Source: Takakia lepidozioides
Lineage: Eukaryota; Plantae; Bryophyta
Length of the DNA stretch: 64,000 bases
Assembly: GCA_030704615.1 (NCBI GenBank)
Contig: CM060734.1
Span: 62,062,001-62,126,000 of the forward strand
Direction of reading: 5' to 3'
Shown: positions 12,815 to 25,659 of the stretch, one piece after another
Position numbering within the stretch: the first letter of the stretch is position 1
Layout: each line of letters opens with the position of its first letter
Position numbers and translations under genes: made by a program
The notes under the pieces: model-generated
Databases searched by the model: none
Told to the model about the DNA's origin: nothing
The model's input: the letters and a program-made list of their open reading frames with translations, nothing else

Positions 12815-13865
12815 GTAACTTGCAGAATTCAACATGAAAATTCAGGGCCGACCCTGATAACATGGAAAAACAGGCTGAAATGTGTTGAAGAAGGTGCCTT
12901 CATTAGCAGTGCCTTGTTCTATCAGCTGTGCTGCTGCCGCTGCTGTTTGCAGTTGACCATCTACCCCACACAGATTTCTTGTGCTTTTGATCCACGGGGA
13001 CTCAGAAGTATTCTTGTGTTTGAAATTCGGTCCTCTTGGATGAATCTGGACCTCTATCCCTGGTCCTTCAGCTATCCCTGCCTGTGTACAAATCATGAAT
13101 ACATCCTCAGCCTTGCTGCTAGCAGCTGACACTAACGGCATGACGTTCTTCCAGCAAACACCCAACCCTACTTATTACACTAGTTTCAATTCTGAATTGC
13201 ATCTGCTTCTCTCTGTAGTCCAACAGGCATTCACCTTCTTGTCTCCATTGTCCCATCATTGACTGGGGTCAGAAAAGTGTTCACTCCAGAGCTTCTCCTC
13301 ATCTCTGTTAGCTGTTTTTGGATACTTTCCTACTGCCACATCGTCACTAACTTGTCAGAGTCACTCCAAACCACCACAGATCCACCCAACGAGCTAACTT
13401 ACAGAATTCAATATGCATCTCAGGGCCGAGTCTGATGAGAGGGCAAAACAGGCAGAAATAGGTTCAAGAAGAAGGTGCCCTCACCACATTGTCCTTGACC
13501 TTGTGTCATGACCCATGGAGGATTTGACCGATCACCAACCCAAAAGGACCTCTTGTGTGTGCTGCTTGTGTCTGTAGTCAGGAAATGTCGGTTTGGTCTG
13601 TGTGAACCACCAAGGTGCAGCTGAGCAGGCAGAGATTGAAACACGGCCTGCTAAGACCAAGCTGACTCTCCCAAGAACCTTGTAAACATCAGGAAGAATA
13701 CCAAATCATGGTAGTAACAGGAGCCAAGAGCCCACATTTGCAGGATGGACAAAATTCTTGACATCGTACATTAAGGAAAAGTCACACCTTGCGATTGCGG
13801 TTGTCCCACCATCGTGCAAATTCCAGCTGCGAGAGATACGGCGGTGTACTCATAATCTGCAAATG
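12815..13865 (-). pseudogene. Two further OSB-type PDF motif units
   Basis: RWWDNRNRK|gt..ag|TKPTFPDYRHK...NPPWVM and EEKLWSEHFSDPSQ*WDNGDKK|gt..ag|IHPRGPNFKHKNTSESPWI. Confidence 0.75.
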
Positions 13866-13879
13866 TAAACCCTAAACAG

Positions 13880-14165
13880 ACGGCATGCATCCTTTATGCT
13901 ATTGCGTTCTGCATACAGATCAGTAAGAGTAGTCTCCAGCATGATATCTCGAACAAAACCAGCTTCGACGACGTCTGCATAGACCTCTTTGCCCTTCTCC
14001 AGCGCTCATAGCTGGAAGCATTGAGGACGCAAATGATTATGGGCTTCACCCCTTCCTGCATCATCTGATTGAAGATATCTAAAGTCTCCTCATGACACCC
14101 ATGTTGAGCATACCCTGCGATCGATACACTCCACGAACCATTTGGTCAAACACTTGACGGGCATC
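13880..14165 (-). pseudogene. PLS-class PPR fragment
   Basis: IAGYAQHGCHEETLDIFNQMMQEGVKP...LEKGKEVYADVVEAG...TDLYAE..SIKDACRLF, with indels. Confidence 0.75.
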
Positions 14166-15179
14166 ATCCTCCCGTCCCCAAACATCACCAAAAGCAGAAG
14201 CTGGCAGCCCCTTCATAGCCTACCCACTGCACTTCCCAGCACATGTCAAAATCTAACGAGAACAAGAACAACAGTCAGTCACTCCTCACAATCGTCTAAG
14301 TGATTGTGAATTTTTTTTTTTGTATCTTTTGTTTTTTTGGGAAGGGGTCTGAGGCCCTGCACGAACTTTATTTATAATTATTGGAGGGAAAAAAAGTTAA
14401 AACGTTAAAACCCTCGGTTGCCAAAGGCTGCCATAAGGCATGTCACACGGGAGGCCGTGCCAGATAACGAAGCGCTAGTAACTGTAACTAGAACAGTAAA
14501 GAAGACACCATTAGTCGTGATTAAATCACAAGAAACTCCAAGTGTGGAGAGAGTCCAGCACTCCACAGAATGTTCATGCAGGTGGAGTGTAGCATTGAGG
14601 TAGTAAGTGTAATTTTGCAAGTGGGAGGGAAGAGGGTTAGAAGAAGACACCAGCCCTAAGATAGCTTGGCAGAGGTTGGATCGGGGTGCGACGGAACGGG
14701 GTGACAGCGAGAGGGTATTGTGAACTAAAAGCGAGTAACTTGAATTCTTTCTATTTTAACTAAATAATATTACCATTATTTTGGAAATTGCTGCCATGGA
14801 GAGTAAATAGAGAATTAAACCCGGAGCAGCCACGCGTCTTTTCCTAATTGACCATGCCAACTCATACAGTTGACCAGGATCACAAGAATGTGTGAGATAT
14901 ATCATATCCAATAACGCTTATCTCATTTCACACTTGTGTGAGATAGACAAATCCTGCATCCTACATGGTTAACATGCCATGTCATACCGTGGATTTCCAA
15001 GGTGTGGTGAACATGTGGGACACCCCACAATAATGCCATATACGGTTCTCACACCTTGGCTCAATCTACACCCCTGAGAAAAGCCATGGAATATGCCAAG
15101 TGTGAGACCCCCATACCGTGAAAAAAACCATTTTCTCTTGTAGTGAACTTCCACGCACCATAAACGTGAGTCAAGTGGG

Positions 15180-15765
15180 AAACTACTATCGACGTTCATC
15201 AAGGGATTAGTGCTATTGCAAATGCCCTAACTATTAAGCTTACCAAAGTGGATCAGGAGGCAATGGGAAGATGAGCAAGAGCGAGCTTTTAAGGAGCTCA
15301 AGGCAATATTAACAATCTTAAGACGGCTATCAGAGGTCATCCATTTCATCTGCATACGGATTGGAATATGTTGGGGCTTGGAACGGTGCTCACATAGGTG
15401 GATGATGAGAGAAAACAGATCATAGTGGCTTATACTAGTCGCTTGACCACTGCAGAGGCAAAATAGAGGGTGGGTGCTTAGTTGCAGTATGGGCTGTGAC
15501 ACACTTCAGGTGCTACCTATAATCTCTTCACCATTATCACAGATCACCAGTCACTCAAGTGGTTGATGGACTGAGACATTGACAATGGCGCTTCAAAACT
15601 GAGACATTGCAAATGAGGCTCATCTTCTCGTACAGTTGAGCCTTCATGGGTGTCTCTCACCTCCATAGCTCTAGGTATAGTAGGGAATGTGTTCAGGGCT
15701 TTGTAGGGTAGATTTCTTTAGCAAAGATGTCATTGACTTGACTTAATTTATGTAATAGAGTGGAT
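15180..15765 (+). mobile_element. Decayed Ty3/Gypsy RT-RNase H remnant plus LTR fragment related to 8640-8790
   Basis: Broken frames give WEDEQERAFKELKA, PFHLHTDW, IVAYTSR, AVWAVTHFRCYL, TDHQSLKWLM. CTCTCACCTCCATAGCTCTAGGTAT is shared with the reverse complement of ~8730-8755. Confidence 0.75.
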
Positions 15766-18588
15766 CTTCTTCCTAGTACATATCCATATTAGCCCAGTAT
15801 TGTGTTTACTAATACTTTGGTCGATACCATGGTTGAAAATTTGCAAAAGTCTTGCTATTGGTACCAATAAAATATCACACCAAGAGCGTACCATGATACC
15901 ACCATGGTAGTCAAAAATCACATTTCCCCAATACTAGGTATTGCAATCGGATGAAGTCAATTCCAGTATGATATTTTGGGCTCCAGTCTCTTTTCTGTAA
16001 AAAAGAAAGAAAAAAGATATGTTCAAAATACGATACTATTATACTAATCCAACACTAGCTGACACCATGTGTTGGATGTGATAAAGGTTTTTTTTGGCCA
16101 ATACCAGCAAAGGTCATGACCTTTTCTATGTGCCACATGTGGCACATTCACAATAACCACGATGTTGAGAGGTGCGGATCGCTGAAGTGCCGTCGTATTT
16201 GGAAGAAGGGACAAGGCCTCGTGGCTAAAGCACGCGAGATAAGGGAGGCGTCCACAAGAGGCGTCATTATCCGCCGGGTAAAGATCTGGTCCGCGGACCA
16301 GCGGTCGCGGGTATAACCCAAAGCGAAAAGCAGCGGTCCGCAGCGCGGCCCGGCTCAAGTGGATCTACGTCCCGCCACGTGGCGGGGGCGTCTTTACCCC
16401 GCGGACCTACAACATAAGGTAGTGGTATCTAGAAGTGTGCATTTAAGCAGTGTGAACTACTCAAAGGGTGTAGTGTCACAAAAATTACATGAGCAGAATA
16501 GCAAATGAAGCAACAACTTTCACTTGTGCTAAGCACATAATTTTCCAATCACAGATATATTATATATGAATTATCAAACTCAAAGTACATGTTATCCCGC
16601 TTCTGCTCAGTAGGTTCTCCTGTAATGCCATATATTCATCCCTGATATGCGCCTAAAGGTGCCTAAGTGCACAAGGTGTGCACCTACACCTTTTCCAAAG
16701 AATTACCAAAACCAGGCCTTGTGTGGGCCAGAAGTACCTGCCTCCCAACACGGAATTGAGCGTATCTACCTATGGAAGGACCCATAGCTTTCCCTGCATG
16801 GATGACGATCTATACACGTACAAGTAGGACCTCTTAGTATTGACCTACAACTCCTCAGACATGACCAATTCAGAACCCTAAACTAGCCGACCCCGTGGAT
16901 AGACTCAACGGCTCCTTCATTTTTCATTCTCCCGTAAACTGAAGCATGATAAAAGTGCGCACCAATATAACAATATATAATCCATGCATCCCATTTGCAT
17001 TCATGCCTGACTGCTGTATTAACCGGCCATTGTCCCAAAAGACCAGCCTCCACTTTCAAAAAGGGAATGGGGAATTTGAAATGGGATCACTAGGTGGCTG
17101 TGTAGTTAGCTTCACTAATAACCCATTAATTAAGCCCCTCGTACTCCAAAAACACTCCATTCTGTACCTAATCCAAAGCAGTAATTAACCTTGAACTGCC
17201 TCCATTGCAAAAGTGCACAGTACTGGGATGAAAGCAGTGACTTTATTCATCAAAAATAGGGGACAGAATAAGGCAACGTACACTTCTAGATGCCACTACC
17301 TTAGACCAAATTTTAAGGGGAGTTTCTTTACCTTCTACTATTCCAATTTATACCCCTCAAAGGGGCTGGGAGGCTTTATATGAGGGTCTATTGGTAGAAA
17401 AAAACATAGCTTTTGAGGGTAGAGAGCCCTTGGAGAGTCTGTTCATTCAAGCCAGAGAAGAGCATGAGGACATCTCTGAGTCCAGAGGTATACACCGAGA
17501 CAACGAGGGTTTCATTTTGAGAACAAAGTACTCTATCTTAGATTTTAGGCTACAGTGACCAATGGTGTCAAGTCTAGAAGTAGGGGATGACCCTTTACAA
17601 GGAGGGAAAACGCTATGGTCTCTTTTAATATAAATAGGTTGAAACAAGGCTTGGACCCACCATGGGGTTATTTTATAATTAAGGCATGCACGTTATGAGC
17701 TAACGGATGAGCATAAAGGCATGGCAACGATTTTCATTCATCCGCGGGGCGCGACGGTCCTCCGTGGCGGGGAACGGTTCCCATCTGTTCCCAACATTTA
17801 ACTCGGTTCCTAGGGGGTTCCCACATTCCATTGGAGGTGCCAATGGCATCCCTGGATTCCCCCAGGATTCTCTACTTAGGAGGTATTTTTTAATTTTGTT
17901 ATTTATAATTATTTTTATGTATTTCTGAGGGCAAGAAATTCCTAAATAGGCTAAAGGCGCCTGATTGAACTTATTGAACTTGTGGAACTTAAGTGATCTT
18001 TGTGCAACTTATTGAACGTTTTGAACTTATTAGCCTTTCATAAAGGGTGTCTGGAGCTGAAACACCCAAGGAAGGAAGGGCAGAGGAAGAGGGAATGTGA
18101 CCCTATCCTCCCTAGGCTTGGAAGGTGTTTTGCGAAGGGATAAACGGATGTCCCGGCTATAAGCGGCTCGTGGGCTTAGGCACTAGGAGTTAGTCAATAA
18201 CCTAAGACTTGTAAGGCGGTTACTCAATAATTAAAATCTTAAACAAACCGTAGGACGTAAGAATGCAAATCGCCCTATGAAGTAGATTAGTTAAACGCTT
18301 CTTTGCCGGTAGGAATTAGAGATTGCAAGTGACCACCAGAGACACGTCGCGGATTCCCTGCACTAACCGCAGCCGGGTAGGCGGTTACTCGAGCCCAACC
18401 TACACCGCAACTTGCCACGAACCCCCCTAGCTAGCTGTCACCCTGGCCACCCTGGCTGCGCGCGACCAGGGCTCGTCACCCTCTCCACATGGACCTTGTG
18501 ATTTTATAAAATGTAAACAATGTGCCCAACCTTTTATTCTACGTCTTTATGGATACTGGCAATCCAACACTCCCATGGACCATAACTG

Positions 18589-18591
<3 letters not shown>

Positions 18592-18657
<66 letters not shown>
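18592..18657. repeat. (TC)n microsatellite
   Basis: Perfect dinucleotide run, ~33 units. Confidence 0.97.
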
Positions 18658-18660
<3 letters not shown>

Positions 18661-19099
18661 TGTTGGCGAACTTGCAAACTCAGTGGGGTCTTCACACTAG
18701 CCACATTTGACCCCGAGTTAGATTTTTATGAAGCTCCAGCGCCTTTACCACATTATATGAGATATAATGAGCCGTCATTAGCAAAACTTGTTTGTATTCA
18801 CCATTCAAACAACTAGAATATCTGCTACTCTCTTCATACAGTTAAGCTACTTACTAAATCGGTTATTCACCCCCCCCCCCCCAAGCCATGGTATGTATAC
18901 CAAACCTAACTGAGTTGACAACAAAATGTGTCCACCAAAGTCCATAATATAAGTATATCCGGAATGGATCAACAGTTGGTTAAGGCCCAATTTCCTAGGT
19001 CATAGCTACAGCTGTATTAGATACAATAGCATGTAAACCAGCACGGACATGGATACACGCATCTACTGAACGTTTATTTGCCTGTTTGAGCTTCGATCT

Positions 19100-20158
19100 T
19101 CAGTGGAGCATCTTCCTGCCTCCGAGTGCAGAATGATCTTGATCCGCAACCTCCTCGTGAGCAGCATCAACTAGCGTGGATTCAAGCAAAGAGCGTCGAC
19201 GACAATTGTTCCAGACCAAAGTTCCGTCCTGGTTCTCAACATTGTTTTGTATGTTGTAGTAGGTAAGAATACCGGTGCTATCTTGCTTATAGCAAAAAGC
19301 AAAAGCATCGTATTCCAATCCAATCCAGGCACTTTCTTTTGTGAAGCATGACTTCCAAAAATTGGTTCCCTGCACCAAGTTCCCGTTGTTGTTTCCTAGG
19401 AATAGATTGAGATCTAAACTAGACGTCACAAACACTCCACCAGTAATTCTGGCACAGGAGGCATAGAGGACGGGTCCCGACAAATATATAGATTTGCATG
19501 TTGTAGCAAAACCACCACACTGTGTTGAAAGCCACCACATACCACATACCACATATCCATGAATTAATCATCTGTATCTTCGTCCGTTGGACAGTGGAAT
19601 AGTAAATGCACAAATCAAAATTATGATTCATATTGGGGGCATATGTGTCATTCCAACAACACAAATCCAAATGCACGAGTGATGTAGGCAGTATGAGTTT
19701 GTCAAATTTGATTGAAAATTGCCATAGGTACATCATATACAACATCGTACCACAATAATGGATAGGGTGATGATCGAGGCTCCACTACAAGACATGAAGA
19801 TGAGTACTGCAAAGCATGAGCACGGCGAGGAAACAATGTACTGACTCAAATCAGCAGCTAGCTGCGGAACGGTGAAAGAATCAAGAGCACTGGAAAATCA
19901 CGGAATCACAGGTTCCTAGAGCAGATTAGAACTCCGCAACGTACGATAAGCAATAACAAACAATTCCTAGTTCATCAATTAGCTGCGCTGATATTGGTCG
20001 AATAAGATCAACAACAACAAAACACATGAGGGATCAGGACGTGACAATTTTCGCCTCTTGTAGGCACTTACTGTTGCTTGAGCTCCATTGAGCATTGCCG
20101 ATATACAAAGAAGCCCCGCCGTAGCTAGAAGCGCCATCTTATGCGATGAATTAGCCAT
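19100..20158 (-). CDS. Secreted cyanovirin-N homolog (CVNH) lectin-like protein, 2 exons (20158-20072, 19519-19100), 168 aa
   Basis: Exon 1 is a signal peptide (MANSSHKMALLATAGLLCISAMLNGAQAT|gtaagt). A phase-0 cag acceptor opens CGGFATTCKSIYLSGPVLYASC...SSLDLNLFLGNNNGNL..GTNFWKSC...VENQDGTL, the two-half CVNH pattern. Intact frame. Confidence 0.85.
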
Positions 20159-22824
20159 GATATCGATCTTCGCTAGGAGCTTACGTCGATCACTGGAGAT
20201 GGATGCTTGCAATTGTAGTATAATATCCCACTCACGAAGATGGCCTTAGATTAGACTCTTGTGGTGTCTCGATGGGCCTACAACAAAAGCAGCTAGTGTT
20301 GAATGCTCGGCAATGTTGAGACAGTCATGCAACGCTGAGTATTGTGATTGACCATTCTCTCCCGTCTTGTTATATACTTAGACGTCCATTCACTAGACGT
20401 TAAGGAAACTTTATCTTTATCTCCAGATAAAGACCGGCCATTCTTTTAGTGGCGAATAATTCTTAGTGGCAATAATCGCCAAATTTGACCTCCCTTGGGT
20501 CCCGCCGACTAAGGGAATTAGGTTGAAAAATTTAGGGATTTTGCCAAAAGCTGATTTGGTGGGCCCATCATTCGCCGGAGGGGAAGAGGGAGGCACTTAT
20601 CACCAGCCATTCTTCTAGTGGCGAATAATTGCCAGATTTTGACTTTTGGCGACAGGGGCAAAGAGAAATGAGGCTGAAAAATGCAAACTTTTTGCCAAAT
20701 GCTGATTTGGTGGGCCCACCATTCGCCAGAGGGGCTGCAAGAGGGAGGCACATGGCGCCATATTGAATGAAGGCAATTTACAACAGAGGAGCCAAATCCC
20801 ATCGACCACCTGCAGGACATCGCCCCGTTCCGAATGGCGGGAGGACGTGGAGCCAGCTATGGTGCCCATTTTCTACATACACACACATATATGTGGGTAA
20901 GTATAGTCTTTATAGATAGACACAAGTCAAATGGCTACCCAAGGGAGTTATCTACCGCTAAGATACCCATACAATATTGCAAATTCATCACTACAAATTT
21001 TGTAACTATAGCCAGATCTATACAGGTACACCAATAGATATCGCAGAGCACTATGATGCCTGTAAATGTTTCCATGTACATGTACCGCCCAACTCGTCTT
21101 AGCTTCCATGGGTTGCTGCCTTGGTCATTGTGCAAGTAGCATTCATAGCCTTTTTTTTTTTTTTCATATTCCAATATTGGAGCCACAAATTTTGTATCCT
21201 AAAAATCAGAGTGTCGCCATCACAAATTATTATTTGGTTTTACACTTCGCCAAAACTCAACTTGAATTTATGAATTGTTGCCAGCCATTGCACCAAAAAA
21301 TTTGAATATAATCGCCAATTCAGTTCCAAGGAGCCTGCTGACTGTAGCCATGTCTGTGCAACTTCAGAAATGAAAAAAAATGGCTGGTGACAGATTTAGG
21401 TTCAAAGAGGGTTGTAAATATGTCAATCATTGGGATTTTGGGGACGGAGGGTGAGGAGTTTAGCTCAACATGTGCAACATGTGGTTAATAAAATCGCAAG
21501 TACAATTTTTATTAATTAAATGTATTTATTACCGTGATTGGTCAATTGATGGTCTTCAACCTAGGCTTATGCTATGTTTGTTGGGATATGCTCCCCCATG
21601 CAGGGCCTCCAGGGTCAGAGTAGCAGAAGATAATAGGAATAATGTAAGAACTTAATGCACACGTGCAACCTCTGGCAGGATATATGGTATGCCAGTTTCT
21701 AGCATGTCAAATCATCCCCACCCTCTCTTGAGAGTGACATAGAACTGAAGGTCGAGTTGGGGTTACACGATGAGGTGTGTAACTCCACTCGGGATTACAC
21801 AGAATGGAGTGTAACTCCTCTCGGTGTAACTCACACTTGGTCTTGAAATTTGACTAAGTCCAAATTGGGTTAAGTATAAAATGGACTAACCAGAGTTACA
21901 TCAGAAACCGGGGTTACAAACGGTTACATTGATTGGAGGGTTACAATACCGGGGTTACACCAAGCGCCTCCCATCAAGAATTGAGCCCTGAACCTCGTTG
22001 CCTACGACGATATCACCTCACCATCTTGCTACCCACCACAGCTTGTAATCCATTTGGATTCTTAAGTACTAGGGCTTCGCGTTGCTTCGCACTACTAGCG
22101 ACGAATTCTGAGAACTACCTTCAATTTTTCACAAAAAAAAGGGTGGGTCATCCCCACGGTGTTACATGCAAAGATCCCGTGTTTTGTTTTTTTCTAGAAG
22201 AAAAATGACGGATCTGCATTTCAAGGTTCAATTTTCACAAGCCGCATCAATCAATAACAACATACCCAAATACCCTTGCATTCACTATATGAACTTTCAA
22301 GCATCCACCATGGGATTGGATCTTGGTGGGTTAAGCCTAGCTTTTGACAATATTCATGCAAATTCGTCAAGGGCTCCATCCAAAGCCACACCACGAGAAA
22401 CAAACAAACATGTCCAAATTTAAGATGCTGAACAAACTTGTGCATAGGGCTACCCCTCTCATCAATCTCATTAAAATTCGAATTCACTTCCATCTTCAAG
22501 CTTTGGAGAAGCTCCACCACCCAAACCCAGAAATAGGACAGCACTCCGATTTCCATCTACTGTCACCAGAATCAGTCAAAAATCACCCCTTCAGTCAAGT
22601 GCAATTGTGGGCTGACTTTCCACCTATGCCGGGTAGACCGCACCATCAGGAAATGGTGGATGGTCTGAGTAGCTACACAGATCAATGAATGAAGCAAGAC
22701 ACTTGCATCTTGCACCCAACAGTACATGATGATCAATACTCTCAGGAAATGGTGGATGGTCCGAGTAGCTACACAGATCAATGAATGAAGCAAGACACTA
22801 GCATGTTTCCAAGAAAGCATCCTT

Positions 22825-25040
22825 TCACCAGTAATCACCACAAGAACAAATCCCATCTTCAAAGTGGTGGAAAGAAGTTAGCATCCCATACAACAATTGC
22901 TCGGCCAACAATCTTTGAAATGAATTTGGTGGAGGTGTGGCAGTCTCCACACACTTGAAGATTCTTGATGAGTCGTGCTGATCAGCCCAAAACCAATGGT
23001 CAGCTTCTCACTGTGGTGGCAAAGAGAATATTCTTTTCTTCCACATCATGCAATAAAAAACGTGTGTCAGGCACATACCCCGCCTCCTTCATCTGCCCAG
23101 ATGCTCTTCTCAGCTCAGCATGGATTTCCTTAATTCTGGGATGCAACTTGTCATGTGGCTTCTTTCTAGCCCATCTGACCTTCATCATTCTTCTCACCTT
23201 TGCAGTGTCATCCCACCTGCCAGGGGCAGCATAGATGTTTGGTATAACAACACATAAGTCGCAGCATCCTGTTCATCCCACTTGAGGATAGATGTTGCCA
23301 CACATTCAGGCATCTCCACATTGCCATGGATTCTGTAGGCACCAAGCAAGGCCTTCCACACCACAACATCTGGATTGATTGGCATTTTATTAATCAGGTC
23401 CACTACCTCATGTAGTTGTCACGCACGTCCATAAGGTCCACCATGCAGCCAAAGTGCTTTACTGGCGGGGTGACACCATGATCTTGACTCAGGGAATCGA
23501 AGTAGCGTCTTCCTTCATTCAGTAGGCCAGTGTGGCTACATGCAGAGAGAACACATATAAAAGTGATATTGTCCGGCTTCAAGCCGTTCTTTTGCATTCC
23601 TTCAAATAGTTGTAGGACCTCCCTATGACAACCTCCCCCTCCCACTCCCACTCAAACTCCAAACTCCTTTATAGATTTCTGTACATCACACAAAGGAAGC
23701 CCTAAATTAAAGCTGACTTTGGCTGGGGAAGAGCTGTAACCATCTCTGTCTTGATGAAAAGGGCAGAGATCTTAGGTGATCAGTCAGCTACTAACCTGTG
23801 ATAAGAGGAATTATGTAGTCCACAGTTTGCACGCCAAGCATCCCAAGCGAGATGTAGGGCGTCGACTCCAGATGGTGCTTGGCATGTGACAATTGGGCAC
23901 CGATACATAGCAACATCAGAGTTAGGGTTGCCACACTCAATGACCCTTCCAGACTCTTCTAAGAAATGATCTCATCTCGCTGTCGCTTGTAACTGATCGG
24001 GAAAGTTTCAAGATTCATCAGTTTGAAGTAAAAAGGTTCGTCCACATTCCGCCGGCTGGTGATGTCTATCTTCACAGTTGGTCTTGTGAGCCACCTAGCA
24101 ACTATTGCGGGGTACTCCAGAACAATTTCAAGGGAACAGTCAAGCCCATCATCTAAGGAATCTGCATTTTCCTGGAGCAGCGTCCAATTGGCATCTACTG
24201 GTCAACAGCCCTTTATGTACATTTTCCTATCCTTGGGATAATACAGACCTTCTGCAAAATACACAAGCGGTTTTCAACAGAAAACCCACCTGGTGTAATC
24301 TTCAAGTGAGCTCCCACTTTGAAATATTCTGGTTGCTTGGTTGGTGGCGTGCACTTGAGCGAGGATTCGCTTTTAACGGCATCATCCATTGTCCCTCTGG
24401 AACCATGGTAAAATTACTCTCCTGATCTCTCCAGTTTATCGCACTCCATGACACCACATCTCGTTCATGTCAAAAACTCCCTTTGCATCCTTAATGCACC
24501 TACATTTGGCATACAGGTCCACCAGGGCAGTGTTCAGAATGACATCTGGTACAATTCCAGCTTTGACAACCACATCACATTTGTTTGTGTTTACAATGCG
24601 TGTGCAAGCCTGGGAGCTCTGGAAAAGGGGAAAGAGGTCCATGGTGACATCACCCCTTCGCGCAACATTTGCTCATAGGTCTCCAAAGCATTCCTACCAT
24701 ACCCATGCTTGGTAAATCCTGCCAACATTATATTCAACGTGATCAAAGATCGCTGAGGCATTCTGTTGAACACTTGGTGAGCATCCATGATGCTCCCGCA
24801 CTTTACATACATGTTGACAAGGGTATTGAGTAGAAAAACATTTGGCGTGAATCCACTTTGGATAATGTGAGTGTGCACCTGCTTTCCAGCTTCCAGACCT
24901 TCCATCTTGATGCACTTAAGCAAGAGACAGACATACATATCTGAATCTGCTGAAATGCCTTCTTGGTTTAAAGTCTGTAGAGCCTCCGTCAGTCTGCCGA
25001 GCCTCCGTCAGTCTGCCTGCCGCACAAAGCATCTTCATAT
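22825..25040 (-). pseudogene. PLS-DYW PPR gene, near full length but frameshifted and interrupted by an ~800-bp insert (23632-24435)
   Basis: N-terminal PPRs (NTLVNMYVKCGSIMDA), S2/E motifs (VWKALLGAYRIHGNVE), [19 protein letters not shown] and terminal GICSCGDYW* at 22825. Confidence 0.9.
23890..24430 (-). pseudogene. DUF2921-family membrane protein gene fragment inside the PPR pseudogene
   Basis: EGLYYPKDRKMYIKGC*...DGLDCSLEIVLEYPAIVARWLTRPTVKIDITSRRNVDEPFYF...FPISYKRQRDEIIS*KSLEGSLSVATL matches my recollection of plant DUF2921 proteins. Has in-frame stops. Confidence 0.65.
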
Positions 25041-25659
25041 GTCCGAAGATGCATTGTGGACTGGGTGAATGCAGGGTTGAGTGGACCAAAATGGACGTTA
25101 CCGGCACAGTTTTAGATGACTGCAATTGATGGTGTCATCAATTGAATTTGAATTAATTCATTAAAACCAGCAAATGTATATGTCATTGTATTCCTAGCTT
25201 CAATCTCACCCATAGCAAGTCTCCAATCATGAATCCGATAAGAAATGACTCTGCTATGGACTTTTGAACACCGTCATTGTGGACTGTTACCGCTATGAAT
25301 GGAATTACAATGGACTCAAGTTCTCATATGTGCCATTGGTGAATTCCATTGAAATTTGGACTTAAGGTGGCCATTTTGGTCCACATCATAGGTATGGATT
25401 TGAAGTGGCAAAATCATTTGTCATTTGACTCATATGGACTAATATATATAAAAAAATAGTCGTTTTTTTGAAAAGTCCATAGCTCATATTGTTTTTTGGA
25501 ACAAGTCAGATTTCCAACGAGTACTCTCGCAAACTTGCAAGGAGGCTATAGTACAGAACACCATCCGTTCATTTCATAACTTGAGCTCTTGGGTCCTTGC
25601 CAAATGTTAGTGTAACAATCAAAGTGGTTAATGTAAATTTTTGATACTTTACCCTGCGG

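Noticed and set aside
22645-22805. ~60-bp direct repeat downstream of the DYW stop
   Set aside because: Ordinary local duplication with no further structure.
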